Part shown: positions 1 through 9,604 of the stretch, piece after piece
Position numbering within the stretch: position 1 is the stretch's first letter
Layout of the letters: each line of letters begins with the position of its first letter
Assembly: GCA_030616085.1 (NCBI GenBank)
Contig: JAUWYA010000001.1
Coordinates: 8,692 to 72,691 of the forward strand
Direction: 5' to 3'
DNA from: Candidatus Nealsonbacteria bacterium
GTDB lineage: Bacteria > Patescibacteriota > Minisyncoccia > Minisyncoccales > GWA2-38-27
DNA length: 64,000 nucleotides
The notes under the pieces: model-generated
What the model was told of the DNA's origin: nothing
Seen by the model: only the letters and a program-made list of their open reading frames with translations
The model's database searches: none
Program-made: the position numbers and the translations under genes

Positions 1-491
1 GATTAAGTAAATGGTTTGTTTTGAAAAACCCTGATTTTTATTCAGGAAGATTTATTGAATTGAAGTTATTTAAAAATACAAATCTCTATTTTCTTAATAT
101 AAACCCAATTTTTCTTAATTTGATAATTGGAGCAGTATTATTACTGCTTGTTTTTTTGTTTTTTAAAACTTTAAAACAGGAAAACTTTTTATTTCAAGAC
201 CATATGTTTTACAATAGCGAATCAAGGTTCTGCCGAGCAAAGCGAGGCAGGTTCTTATTAACATTTGGTTTTTCTTTAATTATTTTGGGAGGATTTAGCA
301 ATCTTTTTGACCGTCTGTATTTTGGCTATGTTATTGACTGGATAAGAATTTTTATTCTTCCTATTTCTATTTTCAACATCGCTGATGTAATGATCATCGG
401 GGGAGTCGTGTGCCTTATTTTAGCGCTGGCGGTATCCGATACCGCCAGCACAAAAAGTGAGTTCAATAAATTAATTTATGTTAACCTGTAA
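1..491 (+). CDS. lspA: Lipoprotein signal peptidase II (5' end probably outside the window)
   Basis: GGFSNLFDRL, GYVIDWI and FNIADV motifs; frame is open back to the window edge; adjacent to lgt. Confidence 0.85.
   Translation, partial: LSKWFVLKNPDFYSGRFIELKLFKNTNLYFLNINPIFLNLIIGAVLLLLVFLFFKTLKQENFLFQDHMFYNSESRFCRAKRGRFLLTFGFSLIILGGFSNLFDRLYFGYVIDWIRIFILPISIFNIADVMIIGGVVCLILALAVSDTASTKSEFNKLIYVNL
230..250. repeat. CTGCC-N11-GGCAG hairpin inserted in frame in lspA
   Basis: CTGCCGAGCAAAGCGAGGCAG; AGGTTCT repeated 24 bp apart (225-231, 249-255), i.e. 8 codons. Confidence 0.55.
427..447. repeat. 21-bp REP-like palindrome (family B) within the lspA 3' end
   Basis: TGGCGGTATCCGATACCGCCA, read as LAVSDTA. 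Confidence 0.9.
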
Positions 492-555
492 TGTGTAGGT
501 TAACATAGAAAAGGTTGATAAAGGTATGGTTGACATCCGATATCAACAATAATAT

Positions 556-1329
556 ATGCCTTATTTTTCATTTGATAAAATCCAAATAGGACCGATTATT
601 CTTTATGTCTGGGGCGCATTCCTGGCTTTAGCTTTTTTATACGCTTTGTTTTTTGTTTCAAGAAAAGCAAAAAAACAAGGGATTGATACAGAAATAATTA
701 TTAGTTCTTTTTCCTGGTTAATAATCGGTACGATTATTGGAGCAAGATTAGGCTATATTATTCAGTTTTCAGATTATTATTTTTCAAAGCCAATTGAAAT
801 TCTAAAAATATGGCAAGGAGGAATGACTTTTCACGGCGGTCTTTTTGGTCTGCTGATTGCTGCTATTATTTATGCAAAGTTTGCCAAAGTTAGTTCAAGA
901 TTGTTTTTACAAATAGCAGATTTAGCTGTTTTAGCAGCTCCAATATCTATTGCTATTACAAGAGTCGGCTGTTCTTTAATTAATGATCATCAGGGAGCTG
1001 AAACATCTTTGCCTTGGGGAATTATGTGGCCAGATGGAACAATCAGGCATCCAGTAGCTGAATATCTGATTATCAGCGCATTAATTTTATATTTAATTCT
1101 AAGATTTTTAAAGCCAAAATTAACAAAACCGGGTCAATTATTTATTGTTTTTTTCTTCTTATATTCTCTTCTTCGCTTTTTCTTGGATTTTACCCGTTCT
1201 ACAGGCACTTCTTTGTCTGATCCCCGCTATTGGGGTTTATCCACAGCTCAGTGGTTATCTTTAGCTATAATTTTAGGTATAATAATAAAAAGTGTTTTTT
1301 TTAAAAAAAGCCCCGTAGAGAAAATTTGA
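556..1329 (+). CDS. lgt: Prolipoprotein diacylglyceryl transferase
   Basis: GARLGY, IWQGGMTFHGG, RVGCSLIND, RHP and RFFLDF motifs; its stop codon lies inside the element at 1311. Confidence 0.9.
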   Translation: MPYFSFDKIQIGPIILYVWGAFLALAFLYALFFVSRKAKKQGIDTEIIISSFSWLIIGTIIGARLGYIIQFSDYYFSKPIEILKIWQGGMTFHGGLFGLLIAAIIYAKFAKVSSRLFLQIADLAVLAAPISIAITRVGCSLINDHQGAETSLPWGIMWPDGTIRHPVAEYLIISALILYLILRFLKPKLTKPGQLFIVFFFLYSLLRFFLDFTRSTGTSLSDPRYWGLSTAQWLSLAIILGIIIKSVFFKKSPVEKI

Positions 1330-1386
1330 CTGCTTACAGCATTTAGGTTTTCTTTAAGAAAACCTTGTCAAATTTTCTCTACGGGG
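1311..1386. mobile_element. Family A miniature inverted-repeat element (CCCCGTAG subtype), 76 bp
   Basis: 20-bp TIR CCCCGTAGAGAAAATTTGAC/GTCAAATTTTCTCTACGGGG; AAAG on both flanks. Confidence 0.85.
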
Positions 1387-1421
1387 AAAGGTCGGAACTT
1401 AATTAAATTATTTATTATGAA

Positions 1422-1489
1422 CCCCGTTAGAAATTTATGTTAATTAGAATTTCTATTGGGGTAAAAATATATGAGAATTTCTAACGGGG
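1422..1489. mobile_element. Family A element, 68 bp, inserted in an ATGAA start codon
   Basis: CCCCGTTAGAAATT/AATTTCTAACGGGG; TGAA on both flanks; internal in-frame ATG at 1471. Confidence 0.9.
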
Positions 1490-1935
1490 TGAAAAAAACA
1501 AAAATTTTTATTCTAATTTCGCTTTTAGCGGTTTTGGTTTTGGTTGGGGCAATGTGTACAAAAAGTCCTGAAGCTTTTTATAAGAAAGTTTGTAAAACTG
1601 CTATAGATTTTTCAGAGGAGCTGGATGATGTTCTTGACCAAGAATTTGCTCTATTAGACGGAGAAGATGATTTAGACGATTGTATGGATGATATGATTGA
1701 ACAAGAAGAAGACTTGTATGATGAATGCATGGACGAGGAGGATGATGAAGACGTATGCGATGAAGTGATTGAAAATTACCGATTAACCATAGAAAACTTT
1801 CTTACTCGTCAAGGATGTTTGATTATCTACACCTCTTATTGTTCTATGCATCAAGCAACTGGAGAGTATGAGGACTTTAATGAATGTGTAGACGATGTAG
1901 AGGAGGTCTGTAAAACACTTCCAAGGTCATTTTAG
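1471..1935 (+). CDS. Acidic Cys-rich putative lipoprotein
   Basis: Hydrophobic signal ending VGAMC; N-terminal MRISNGV is element-derived. Confidence 0.7.
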   Translation: MRISNGVKKTKIFILISLLAVLVLVGAMCTKSPEAFYKKVCKTAIDFSEELDDVLDQEFALLDGEDDLDDCMDDMIEQEEDLYDECMDEEDDEDVCDEVIENYRLTIENFLTRQGCLIIYTSYCSMHQATGEYEDFNECVDDVEEVCKTLPRSF

Positions 1936-1943
1936 AAACTAAA

Positions 1944-1971
1944 CCCTTCATCTTTAGCTAAAAGTGAAGGG
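1944..1971. repeat. CCCTTCA...TGAAGGG mini inverted repeat with TAAA duplication
   Basis: Same termini and the same TAAA flanks as 8462-8495. Confidence 0.6.
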
Positions 1972-1979
1972 TAAAGATT

Positions 1980-4601
1980 ATGAGAAAATTTAAAATTACC
2001 ATTCCGATTTTGCTTTTGGTTGTTTTGACTTTACCTGCAAATGCATTTGCTAGTACTTTATCTGAAGATATTTTCCCGAAAAACGTAAAAGGGCTTCCTT
2101 TAGCTGAGACTGAAGAGCAAAAGCCAGAAGGAGAAATTGCTGAGGCTTATTGGGCTTTTTACGGGACTGATGATTCAGAAACAGAGATTCTGGTTTTCTT
2201 TTCCAGAATAGAAGGTGAAGAATATCTTAGAACAGCAGTAGAGGATTTTATTGCAGGATTTGAATATGAGACAGTCCAGACATTTGACGGCGTTGAACGT
2301 GAAGATCCGTATGAAGTTTATGTAAAAGATTATAAAGCTACACTTGTTACTTATCGCTTTTATTACTTAGGAGTATATTTTGATGCCGGCCTTGCATTAG
2401 TAGTTGTGGATGATTATTTCATTGCTGTTGAGATGCTTAGTTATACTGGAGAACCTCCTTCTTTTTCAGACCTAAAAGATGTTTTAGGTCTTTTTATTGA
2501 TCAGGTTCCTGGAGAAAAGCCAATTTGCGGCAATACTTATTGTGAACAGGGAGAAACCTGTTCAAATTGTCCCCAGGATTGCAATGCTTGCCAAGAGCTT
2601 TTGCCTGATTTAGAAGTTTCATTTTCAGAAAAGAACATCAAGCTTGAATTAGGAGGAAGCACTACACTTAAGTTAAATATTAAAAATATTGGTCAGGGCA
2701 GGGCTGAAGATGTCTATTACAAAGTTCATGTTGACAAGCCAGAAGTTGTAGATGTTTATCCTCTTCAGGGAACAGTAGGGAATATAGATCCAGGCGAGGA
2801 ATTTTATGATTATATAGGTATTGCAGTTAAAGGTTCAGGCACTGCCTATTTAGCTATTCATATTAGAGGTGATAATATCGGCAGCATGATGAAGTTTATT
2901 CAGGTTAGCGTTCCTGAAGCAGCTGCTTTAGATGTGCCAGAGTCCTTGTTTTTACTGCCAGGTGAATCTCAAGGAATTAGTGTTTTCTTAACTAATGCCG
3001 GTGAAGAGCCAATTCTGGTTGAGGTTTTATCTTTAAAAAGCTTGGATCCTTCAGTAGTTTCTATTGAAGAAGGTTCAGAAATGACAGTAAGCGGCCAAAA
3101 AGGAGGAATTAGACAAGACCAGGTTATTAGCACTGAAAGCATTGATATTACTAACGCTATTTATCCAAAACCAAGAATTAAAGCTAATTCAATAGGAGAT
3201 ACTGAGCTCGTTTTCAAACTTTTATACTATTTTCCAGAGATTTCTATGCATGAAGGCAAGACATTGGAAAAGAGAGTAAAAGTAGGAGTAGGAGAGTCAG
3301 TAGGAGGGGAAAAGCCAGGATTAGAACTTAAGCTAAAGCCGTCTGGCCTGGCTGTAGAAAGGGATGAAGCCAGGAAAGTTGAAGTGATTTTAAACAATAC
3401 TGGAAGCGAGGTAATTAAACAGGGAAAGATTCTTCTTAGCGTTTCCAGAGAAGCTCCGTTTAATGCAACCAGAGAAATAACTTTTGGCTTTATTCGACCA
3501 GGCAGGGAAGCTAAGGCTGAAATTGAGATTATTGGCCATGCTCAATTTCCATCTGGCTTGCAGGGTGATGACTTAGTAGTTACCGGGACTTTAACTTTTA
3601 AAGGCCAGTTTACTACTTTGGATGACAGAGAATTTACTTTTGAAGAGGAGATGAAGGTTTCCTTGGTGGGAGAGAGAGAAAAATGCGACGTTGCAAATGC
3701 TGGATGCATGGAAACAGTTGATTGTTTTGTTTCTCTTTCCAATGAAATGGGCTGTGCTCTTGAGTTTGCTGATGTTGTTCCATATTTTGACAAACCAGTA
3801 GCTGTTGTCTTAGCTACTTCTGATGTATGCGAGATAAAAGACAGGGTAGAGGCAGGAGATCCTATTGGAGCTGCTGTATCCAGTCTTTTAATGACAGTTG
3901 ATTTAGGAGATAATGCTCTTGATGCAGTTCCCGGAGCAGGCAATATATTAGGTGTTTTAACAGATATAGTAGAAGGTTCAGCAGATTGCGTTGAAGGATT
4001 TATCTACGATGCAGTAAATGATTATTGCGCAGGAGGCAGAGGAGGTTATACTGGCTGCGCTAATCGTTTATTTGGATTAATTGCTGAAGAATCAGATAGA
4101 TGGAAAGAGTCGAGATCAGCTACGCATTCAGTAGTAGCTATTGGAGGTTCGCCAATAAGATTATCTGTGATTGATGATAATGGCCAGGAATTAGGTTTGT
4201 CTGACGGAGTCTTAGTTATAGAAAAAGAAGATTTGAAGCTGGTATTTATTAAGAATCCTGAAGAGTTGGACAATGGGTATAATTTCCAGATTAATGGAAT
4301 TGGCGAGGGTACTTACGATTTAGACATTGGCTTGATTTCTGATGGAGAGGTTGTTGAAACAGTTGAGCTTAGAGACCAGGAAATTAATTTAGATGAGGAA
4401 GTTTCAATTCCTTTGGCTGTTAAAGCAGAAGATGGTGAATTAACAGATCTATTTGTTGGTGATGAGGCAATAGAATTTAAAGAAGAGCAGGAAAGAAAAC
4501 CATTAATTCTTTATATAATAATTGGCATAGGTGCTGTTCTGGTTGTCATTATCGCTGTAGTAGTAGTTATAGTTTTAATCAAGAAAAGGAAAAAAACTTA
4601 G
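1980..4601 (+). CDS. Large cell-surface protein (signal peptide, Cys-rich module, CARDB/Ig-like domains, C-terminal TM anchor)
   Basis: ANAFA signal; CGNTYCEQGETCSNCPQDC; LPDLEVS...NIKNIGQG CARDB-like; C-terminal hydrophobic helix plus KKRKK. Confidence 0.7.
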   Translation: MRKFKITIPILLLVVLTLPANAFASTLSEDIFPKNVKGLPLAETEEQKPEGEIAEAYWAFYGTDDSETEILVFFSRIEGEEYLRTAVEDFIAGFEYETVQTFDGVEREDPYEVYVKDYKATLVTYRFYYLGVYFDAGLALVVVDDYFIAVEMLSYTGEPPSFSDLKDVLGLFIDQVPGEKPICGNTYCEQGETCSNCPQDCNACQELLPDLEVSFSEKNIKLELGGSTTLKLNIKNIGQGRAEDVYYKVHVDKPEVVDVYPLQGTVGNIDPGEEFYDYIGIAVKGSGTAYLAIHIRGDNIGSMMKFIQVSVPEAAALDVPESLFLLPGESQGISVFLTNAGEEPILVEVLSLKSLDPSVVSIEEGSEMTVSGQKGGIRQDQVISTESIDITNAIYPKPRIKANSIGDTELVFKLLYYFPEISMHEGKTLEKRVKVGVGESVGGEKPGLELKLKPSGLAVERDEARKVEVILNNTGSEVIKQGKILLSVSREAPFNATREITFGFIRPGREAKAEIEIIGHAQFPSGLQGDDLVVTGTLTFKGQFTTLDDREFTFEEEMKVSLVGEREKCDVANAGCMETVDCFVSLSNEMGCALEFADVVPYFDKPVAVVLATSDVCEIKDRVEAGDPIGAAVSSLLMTVDLGDNALDAVPGAGNILGVLTDIVEGSADCVEGFIYDAVNDYCAGGRGGYTGCANRLFGLIAEESDRWKESRSATHSVVAIGGSPIRLSVIDDNGQELGLSDGVLVIEKEDLKLVFIKNPEELDNGYNFQINGIGEGTYDLDIGLISDGEVVETVELRDQEINLDEEVSIPLAVKAEDGELTDLFVGDEAIEFKEEQERKPLILYIIIGIGAVLVVIIAVVVVIVLIKKRKKT

Positions 4602-4643
4602 ACTTAGCCGGGTTAAGTTTTGTACATAATCTATTTTAAAAAT

Positions 4644-5282
4644 ATGAATAAATTAAAATATATTATTCCATTGCTTTTGGTGGCTTTGGTTTTGAATGGG
4701 GCGAGTTGTGGAGGCGGAAAGAAATCAACTGATTCTGAAGAGGAAGAAAAGGAAGAAAAAACGAATGTTGAAAAGAAATTAACCAGAGACCAGATGAAAA
4801 ATGTTTTACTGAAAACAGCAGCTGATTTGGGCTGGTCTGAAACTGATGTTAAGAGCGCTGGTAGCCAAGGATATGAGTTGAAGAAAGTATATGTTAAGGG
4901 CGAGGATAAAAGTAAATCTGTTATATTAGCAATTACTGAAGTTTCAGATTCTGATTTATCTTCAATACTATCTGGAACTAACAGAAAGACATTTATAAAG
5001 GAATATTGTGAAATACTTACTGATTATGAAGAGGGCAGGGGCGGCAGAACAAGCGATTTAATAGAAATATCAGGATTTGATGCTTGTCATACAATTGAAT
5101 ATATGAGTGTTTGGGGGGATTTGAAAGATTGTCTAGGCCATAGTGATACTATGAGCGTAATAGGACATTACTGGCTTCAGGTTATTTCAAATGCTCTTGA
5201 TGAAAGAGGAGAAGTATGTGATGCAACAGATTCATTGCCAATTGCTGAGATTTTAGTCAATAACCTGTTGGAAGCTTTTTAA
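4644..5282 (+). CDS. Putative lipoprotein
   Basis: MNKLKYIIPLLLVALVLNGASC signal; ATG 4644 preferred over TTG 4620. Confidence 0.65.
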   Translation: MNKLKYIIPLLLVALVLNGASCGGGKKSTDSEEEEKEEKTNVEKKLTRDQMKNVLLKTAADLGWSETDVKSAGSQGYELKKVYVKGEDKSKSVILAITEVSDSDLSSILSGTNRKTFIKEYCEILTDYEEGRGGRTSDLIEISGFDACHTIEYMSVWGDLKDCLGHSDTMSVIGHYWLQVISNALDERGEVCDATDSLPIAEILVNNLLEAF

Positions 5283-5297
5283 TTGTTGTAGATTAAA

Positions 5298-5744
5298 ATG
5301 GGTAATTTTTGTTCAAAGTGTAGGACTAAAATAGGAACAGAAGATAAGTTTTGTCCTTCCTGTGGAAAAGAAATAGGGATGCAGTCATCTCCGCAGTTGT
5401 CTGCAATAGGGCATTGGCAAGCCAAACAAATAGATACTGATGAAGCTGGATCCAGCAGCAAAGGAACTTTGTCTTTATCAAAAGATTACTTGATTTTTTA
5501 TGTATATGGTTTCTTTTCCAAAGAGCCAAAAGAACGTCGCAGAATAGTTATTTCAAGCATAAAGTCTATTGTAAGAACTCCTATTTTTAATATGTTAACA
5601 ATTAAGTATAACAGGGCGCCCACTGATGCAGGCGCTTTAAGAAGATTTGTAGGAATGCGCAGTGTTTCATATAAAATAAAGAATTGGGAATCATTTATTC
5701 AAAATATTAGAGCATTGAGTCCAAATATTAAAATAAAGGTTTAA
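5298..5744 (+). CDS. Zinc-ribbon protein with possible PH-like C-terminal domain
   Basis: FCSKC...FCPSCG; GTLSLSKDYLIF resembles GRAM/PH strands. Confidence 0.6.
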   Translation: MGNFCSKCRTKIGTEDKFCPSCGKEIGMQSSPQLSAIGHWQAKQIDTDEAGSSSKGTLSLSKDYLIFYVYGFFSKEPKERRRIVISSIKSIVRTPIFNMLTIKYNRAPTDAGALRRFVGMRSVSYKIKNWESFIQNIRALSPNIKIKV

Positions 5745-5771
5745 AACGAAAAATTAATTAATCTTAAATAT

Positions 5772-6983
5772 ATGTCTAAATTGAAATATCTTATTATTCC
5801 ATTAATGTTAATGGTTTTAGTTTTAGTGGGAGCAATGTGTGGAAAAGAAGACAAAGAAGGATCTCAATCAAGAGAAAGCACTCCTTTTCAGGGAAAAAAG
5901 GTAGTCACCCAAATTACTCAGAATAAAATTAGGGATTTGGGCCCTAGAGTTTCTGGCGACGGCAAGACAATTATTTTCTGGAGGGATACAGATGGAGATA
6001 ATTATTGGGATACTTTAGTCCTGACTGATCCTGAAGGAAAAGAAAAGAAAACAATTAAGATCAGAGGAGATGTTTTTACAGATAAATTTGGCATCAAACC
6101 CGAATCTTTAGATATTGACCATAAAGGCACTAAAGTTGTTTTTATAGGCACTCCTTTTGTTGAAAATTGGCGTTTGGTAGATCCTATGCCGAGTTATTTC
6201 TTTGTTCTAGACTTAAACGGAGAAACAGCAAGAAAAATAGACCCTCATGATCTTCCAGAAAAGTATTATCCTCCAGAAGTTGATGCTGAAAGGGCCTGGC
6301 CATCGTTTATAAAGATAAGTCCTGATGGTTCAAAAATAGCTTTTACAGCTAATGTTACTGGAGTTGAGTTTGGAGAAAGACATGATGTTCCAGAAGATGA
6401 TATAGTGGGCGTGGTTAATTCAGACGGTACGGGCTTAAAGGTTGTAGAAATGGGAATTAATGGGTACTGCTTGGCAATTGATGATTCTGGAAGAGTATTC
6501 TTTGCCAGAACAATAGACAACAAATATAAGTGGGTTTTAACTGTGGTTGATGCAGGCGGAGCTTTAGAAAGCGGGACAAGCCTTGGCATTGAAATAAAAT
6601 GTCCTACCAATAGAGAAGCGATTTCAATAAGCAAAAACGGAAAAAGAATTTCAGGTACTTTACTTTCCGAGGGAACAGTTTTTGTTGCTAGTGACCAGGG
6701 TGAAATTATAGCTCAAATGCATAATTTCACCTTTTCAATGATTACTGGAGACGGATCAAGATTATTAGGATTTGAAACAAAAATGGACTTAAAAGATGAA
6801 CAAAGAGGACTTATTTATTACGATATTGACAATAATTTAGAACAAGAAGGCCAGATTCTGGACATGTCTTATGGAATTCATAGCCCTGATATAGATGTTA
6901 ATTATTCCGGAGGAGTGGTGGCTACTGGAGTTTATGACAAAGAAGATGGCGACGAAGAAATCGTCACTATTACGTGGGAATAA
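5772..6983 (+). CDS. Putative lipoprotein, TolB-like beta-propeller
   Basis: VGAMC lipobox-like; PRVSGDGKTIIF and ISPDGSKIAF PD40-like repeats. Confidence 0.7.
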   Translation: MSKLKYLIIPLMLMVLVLVGAMCGKEDKEGSQSRESTPFQGKKVVTQITQNKIRDLGPRVSGDGKTIIFWRDTDGDNYWDTLVLTDPEGKEKKTIKIRGDVFTDKFGIKPESLDIDHKGTKVVFIGTPFVENWRLVDPMPSYFFVLDLNGETARKIDPHDLPEKYYPPEVDAERAWPSFIKISPDGSKIAFTANVTGVEFGERHDVPEDDIVGVVNSDGTGLKVVEMGINGYCLAIDDSGRVFFARTIDNKYKWVLTVVDAGGALESGTSLGIEIKCPTNREAISISKNGKRISGTLLSEGTVFVASDQGEIIAQMHNFTFSMITGDGSRLLGFETKMDLKDEQRGLIYYDIDNNLEQEGQILDMSYGIHSPDIDVNYSGGVVATGVYDKEDGDEEIVTITWE

Positions 6984-6989
6984 TATAAA

Positions 6990-7065
6990 CCCTGTAGAAG
7001 AAATTTGACTGCCTTTGAGATTTAGGTTTTCTTTCAGAAAATCTTGTCAAATTTTCTCTACGGGG
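6990..7065. mobile_element. Family A element (CCCCGTAG subtype), 76 bp
   Basis: Near-copy of 1311-1386; TAAA on both flanks. Confidence 0.85.
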
Positions 7066-7105
7066 TAAAGGTCGGGAATTTAGTAATTTTTGTTTAAGTT
7101 ATGAG

Positions 7106-7173
7106 CCCCGTTAGAAATCTTTGTTAATTAGAATTTCTATCGGGGTAAAAATCTATGGAAATTTCTAACGGGG
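7106..7173. mobile_element. Family A element, 68 bp, inserted in an ATGAG start codon
   Basis: Near-copy of 1422-1489; TGAG on both flanks; internal in-frame ATG at 7155. Confidence 0.9.
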
Positions 7174-7730
7174 TGAGGAAATTAAAGTTTATTATTATTC
7201 CGGTTTTGCTTTTAACAGCTTTAGTTTTAATTGGAGCTGATTGCGGAGAAGAAGATAGAAAAAGGTCCAGAGATAAAGATGACGAAGAAGAGAATTATCT
7301 GACTTATAAAAATGAGAAATGGGGATTTGAGATTAAATATCCTGAGGACTGGGAAAAAGAAGAAGAAGATTATAGTTACGACGAATTTACAGTATTTTTT
7401 ATTAGTCCGTTTGAAGATGAAGATGATGAAAATAGAGAAAATCTTCTTGTTTATGCATCAACAGCTGAGCCTGATGATTTTGATGAATTAATGACAGACT
7501 TGATAGCAGATTTGTCAGAGAGTACAACTTTGCTTGATTACGAGAAACTAATGGTATCTGGACATCCAGGATATAAAGCGAGTTATATTTATGATGAGAT
7601 TCAGTATCTGCACTATTTCGTAAATGCGGGCGATACTTGGTATCAAATACTTTATGTTGCTTTAGAGAGTACTTATTCTAAGTATGTAGATCAAGTTGAA
7701 ACAATGATTAATTCTCTTGAGATTAAATAA
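7155..7730 (+). CDS. Putative lipoprotein, PsbP-like domain
   Basis: IGADC; TYKNEKWGFEIKYPEDW and MINSLEIK are typical PsbP-like ends. Confidence 0.7.
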   Translation: MEISNGVRKLKFIIIPVLLLTALVLIGADCGEEDRKRSRDKDDEEENYLTYKNEKWGFEIKYPEDWEKEEEDYSYDEFTVFFISPFEDEDDENRENLLVYASTAEPDDFDELMTDLIADLSESTTLLDYEKLMVSGHPGYKASYIYDEIQYLHYFVNAGDTWYQILYVALESTYSKYVDQVETMINSLEIK

Positions 7731-7733
7731 TAT

Positions 7734-8456
7734 ATGCCTAAATTTTGTCCCAAGTGCGGGAAAAATTTAAAACCAGGCAAGAAGTTTTGTGCTGCTTGCG
7801 GTGCAAAGATGAGAACGAAACAAACTCGTAAAACAGCACCAGTATCAGTTCCGCGAACAGCACCGCCAAGACCAGTAGCACCTTTGCCACCTCCGCCAAA
7901 AGGAGGAGCAGGATGTGGAACAGGATGCTTAATTGGTTGTTTGATAGTAGCCTTAGTAGTTTTGTTGATTTTAGCTGGTTTAATTGGAACTGGTTATTAT
8001 TTTCTTTCCAGGATGAAGCAAGCAGATGCAGGAGATTATTTTGACATTGATCCAAAAAGCAAAAAGGAAAAAACAATTAAGTGCGGGGATTCTCTTGCTT
8101 GCTTGGAAGATAATCTTAAAAAATGCGCTCCAGCTAAAGGCGAAGCAGATTTAGGAGAGCTTGCTGAAGCTGAATTTGAAGTATTAGGTTTTGCTGAAGG
8201 CAGTGATTCATGCGTGGTTTTTGCCAAGATAACTGAATTAAAAGAACTTCCTGAAGGATTGGATGTGATTCCTAATTTTATTCTGGAAAAAATGTTTGAG
8301 GATTTATCTTTTGAATGTTTGATTCCAGAAAAAGTTTATCAAAAAGGAATAGAAGACGTTGGAGAATATATTGGAGATAATTTGGTTGAAGCTTGCGAAA
8401 GCCCATTGTTTGATTTAGCAGAAAAGTTTGGAGTTGACCTTGAAGACATTGAATAA
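7734..8456 (+). CDS. Zinc-ribbon membrane protein
   Basis: FCPKCG...FCAACG, Pro-rich linker, one TM helix. Confidence 0.7.
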   Translation: MPKFCPKCGKNLKPGKKFCAACGAKMRTKQTRKTAPVSVPRTAPPRPVAPLPPPPKGGAGCGTGCLIGCLIVALVVLLILAGLIGTGYYFLSRMKQADAGDYFDIDPKSKKEKTIKCGDSLACLEDNLKKCAPAKGEADLGELAEAEFEVLGFAEGSDSCVVFAKITELKELPEGLDVIPNFILEKMFEDLSFECLIPEKVYQKGIEDVGEYIGDNLVEACESPLFDLAEKFGVDLEDIE

Positions 8457-8461
8457 TTAAA

Positions 8462-8495
8462 CCCTTCACCTTTAATTTTAATCAAAGGTGAAGGG
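8462..8495. repeat. CCCTTCACCTTT...AAAGGTGAAGGG mini inverted repeat with TAAA duplication
   Basis: 12-bp perfect IR; TAAA on both flanks. Confidence 0.65.
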
Positions 8496-8534
8496 TAAAG
8501 GTCAAAAAAAAAAACATAAATTGTTGTATATTTT

Positions 8535-9125
8535 ATGACAGATATTTTTACTAGAACAAATCTTCTTGCCAAGTCAAATCTTCTTGCCAGAACTAGTGAT
8601 TATAGTGCTGCAAGTGGTCTGGATATTGGTCTTGGTCTTGGATTTGGTCTTGTTTGGGTTTTCTCTTATCTTGCTTTTTATATCTACCTTGCTATTACTC
8701 TAATGTTTATAGCTAAAAAAACAGGAACTTCAAATGCATGGATGGCTTGGATTCCTTTTCTGAATCTTTATTTAATGTGCAAAGCTGCTGGTAAATCTGG
8801 GATATGGATAATTTTACTATTGCTTCCTGTTGTTAATGTTGTCGCTATAATTCTTTTATGGGCTGGTATGGCTCAAAGATTAGGCAGACCTGGTTGGTGG
8901 GGACTTTTAATGTTAATTCCTGTGCTCAATCTTGTGCTAATGGGAATTTTAGCTTTTTCTAAAAGTCGTCAGGCCGTTGCTTCAGTTGCTGTTCCATCTC
9001 CTGTTCCGGCTGCTCCGGCTGCTCCTCCAGCAGTTCCGGCAGCAAAAGGGAAGTTTTGTTCTAAATGCGGAGCTAATATTATATCAGGTGATAAATTCTG
9101 TCCTGACTGTGGAAATAAACTGTAG
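8535..9125 (+). CDS. DUF5684-like membrane protein with C-terminal zinc ribbon
   Basis: AWMAWIPFLNLY repeat-type TM segments; FCSKCG...FCPDCG. Confidence 0.7.
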   Translation: MTDIFTRTNLLAKSNLLARTSDYSAASGLDIGLGLGFGLVWVFSYLAFYIYLAITLMFIAKKTGTSNAWMAWIPFLNLYLMCKAAGKSGIWIILLLLPVVNVVAIILLWAGMAQRLGRPGWWGLLMLIPVLNLVLMGILAFSKSRQAVASVAVPSPVPAAPAAPPAVPAAKGKFCSKCGANIISGDKFCPDCGNKL

Positions 9126-9165
9126 GCACTTGACAAAGGTCTTTGAATATGATATATAGAAAGAT

Positions 9166-9525
9166 ATGAAACAAGAAACCATAAAATTAATAATTTTTTC
9201 AACAGTAATTGGCGTAGTTTTTATTGCTTCTTTGTTTTTGATTATTCAACAAGAGCAAGCATTAAGCAGACAATTAAGAGCTACGGTTTTTCCATCAGAA
9301 AAAATATTGGGAAAGCAAATTACTAAAGATTTAACAGGAAAACTTACAGGGCAGATAGAGAGAAAGATTTTATCAGATTGTCTTGATGAGGCCAAAAATG
9401 CTTTTGAGGATCTTTGGAATCAAGAATGCGAAGACAAAGGATTAGAAGAAAAGTGTGATTTGCCCAAAGATATTGCTTCTGATTTATTGAATGGATATCA
9501 GGAGCTTAAACAGGGGTGTTATTAA
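9166..9525 (+). CDS. Hypothetical membrane-anchored protein
   Basis: N-terminal TM, four Cys; TTGACA...TG.TATAT promoter-like sequence directly upstream. Confidence 0.6.
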   Translation: MKQETIKLIIFSTVIGVVFIASLFLIIQQEQALSRQLRATVFPSEKILGKQITKDLTGKLTGQIERKILSDCLDEAKNAFEDLWNQECEDKGLEEKCDLPKDIASDLLNGYQELKQGCY

Positions 9526-9559
9526 AGATTGTTTATGCGTGATTCTTTTTATTAAAATT

Positions 9560-9586
9560 CCCGGGAATTGTTTTCTCGGGTTTTTT
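9560..9586 (+). terminator. Intrinsic terminator
   Basis: CCCGGGAA/TTCTCGGG stem followed by T6. Confidence 0.55.
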
Positions 9587-9604
9587 ATGTAATAATAAAC
9601 TAAT

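Noticed and set aside
1311-1386. Family A hairpins as ordinary Rho-independent terminators
   Set aside because: They lack T tracts, occur inside ORFs and start codons, and carry target duplications.
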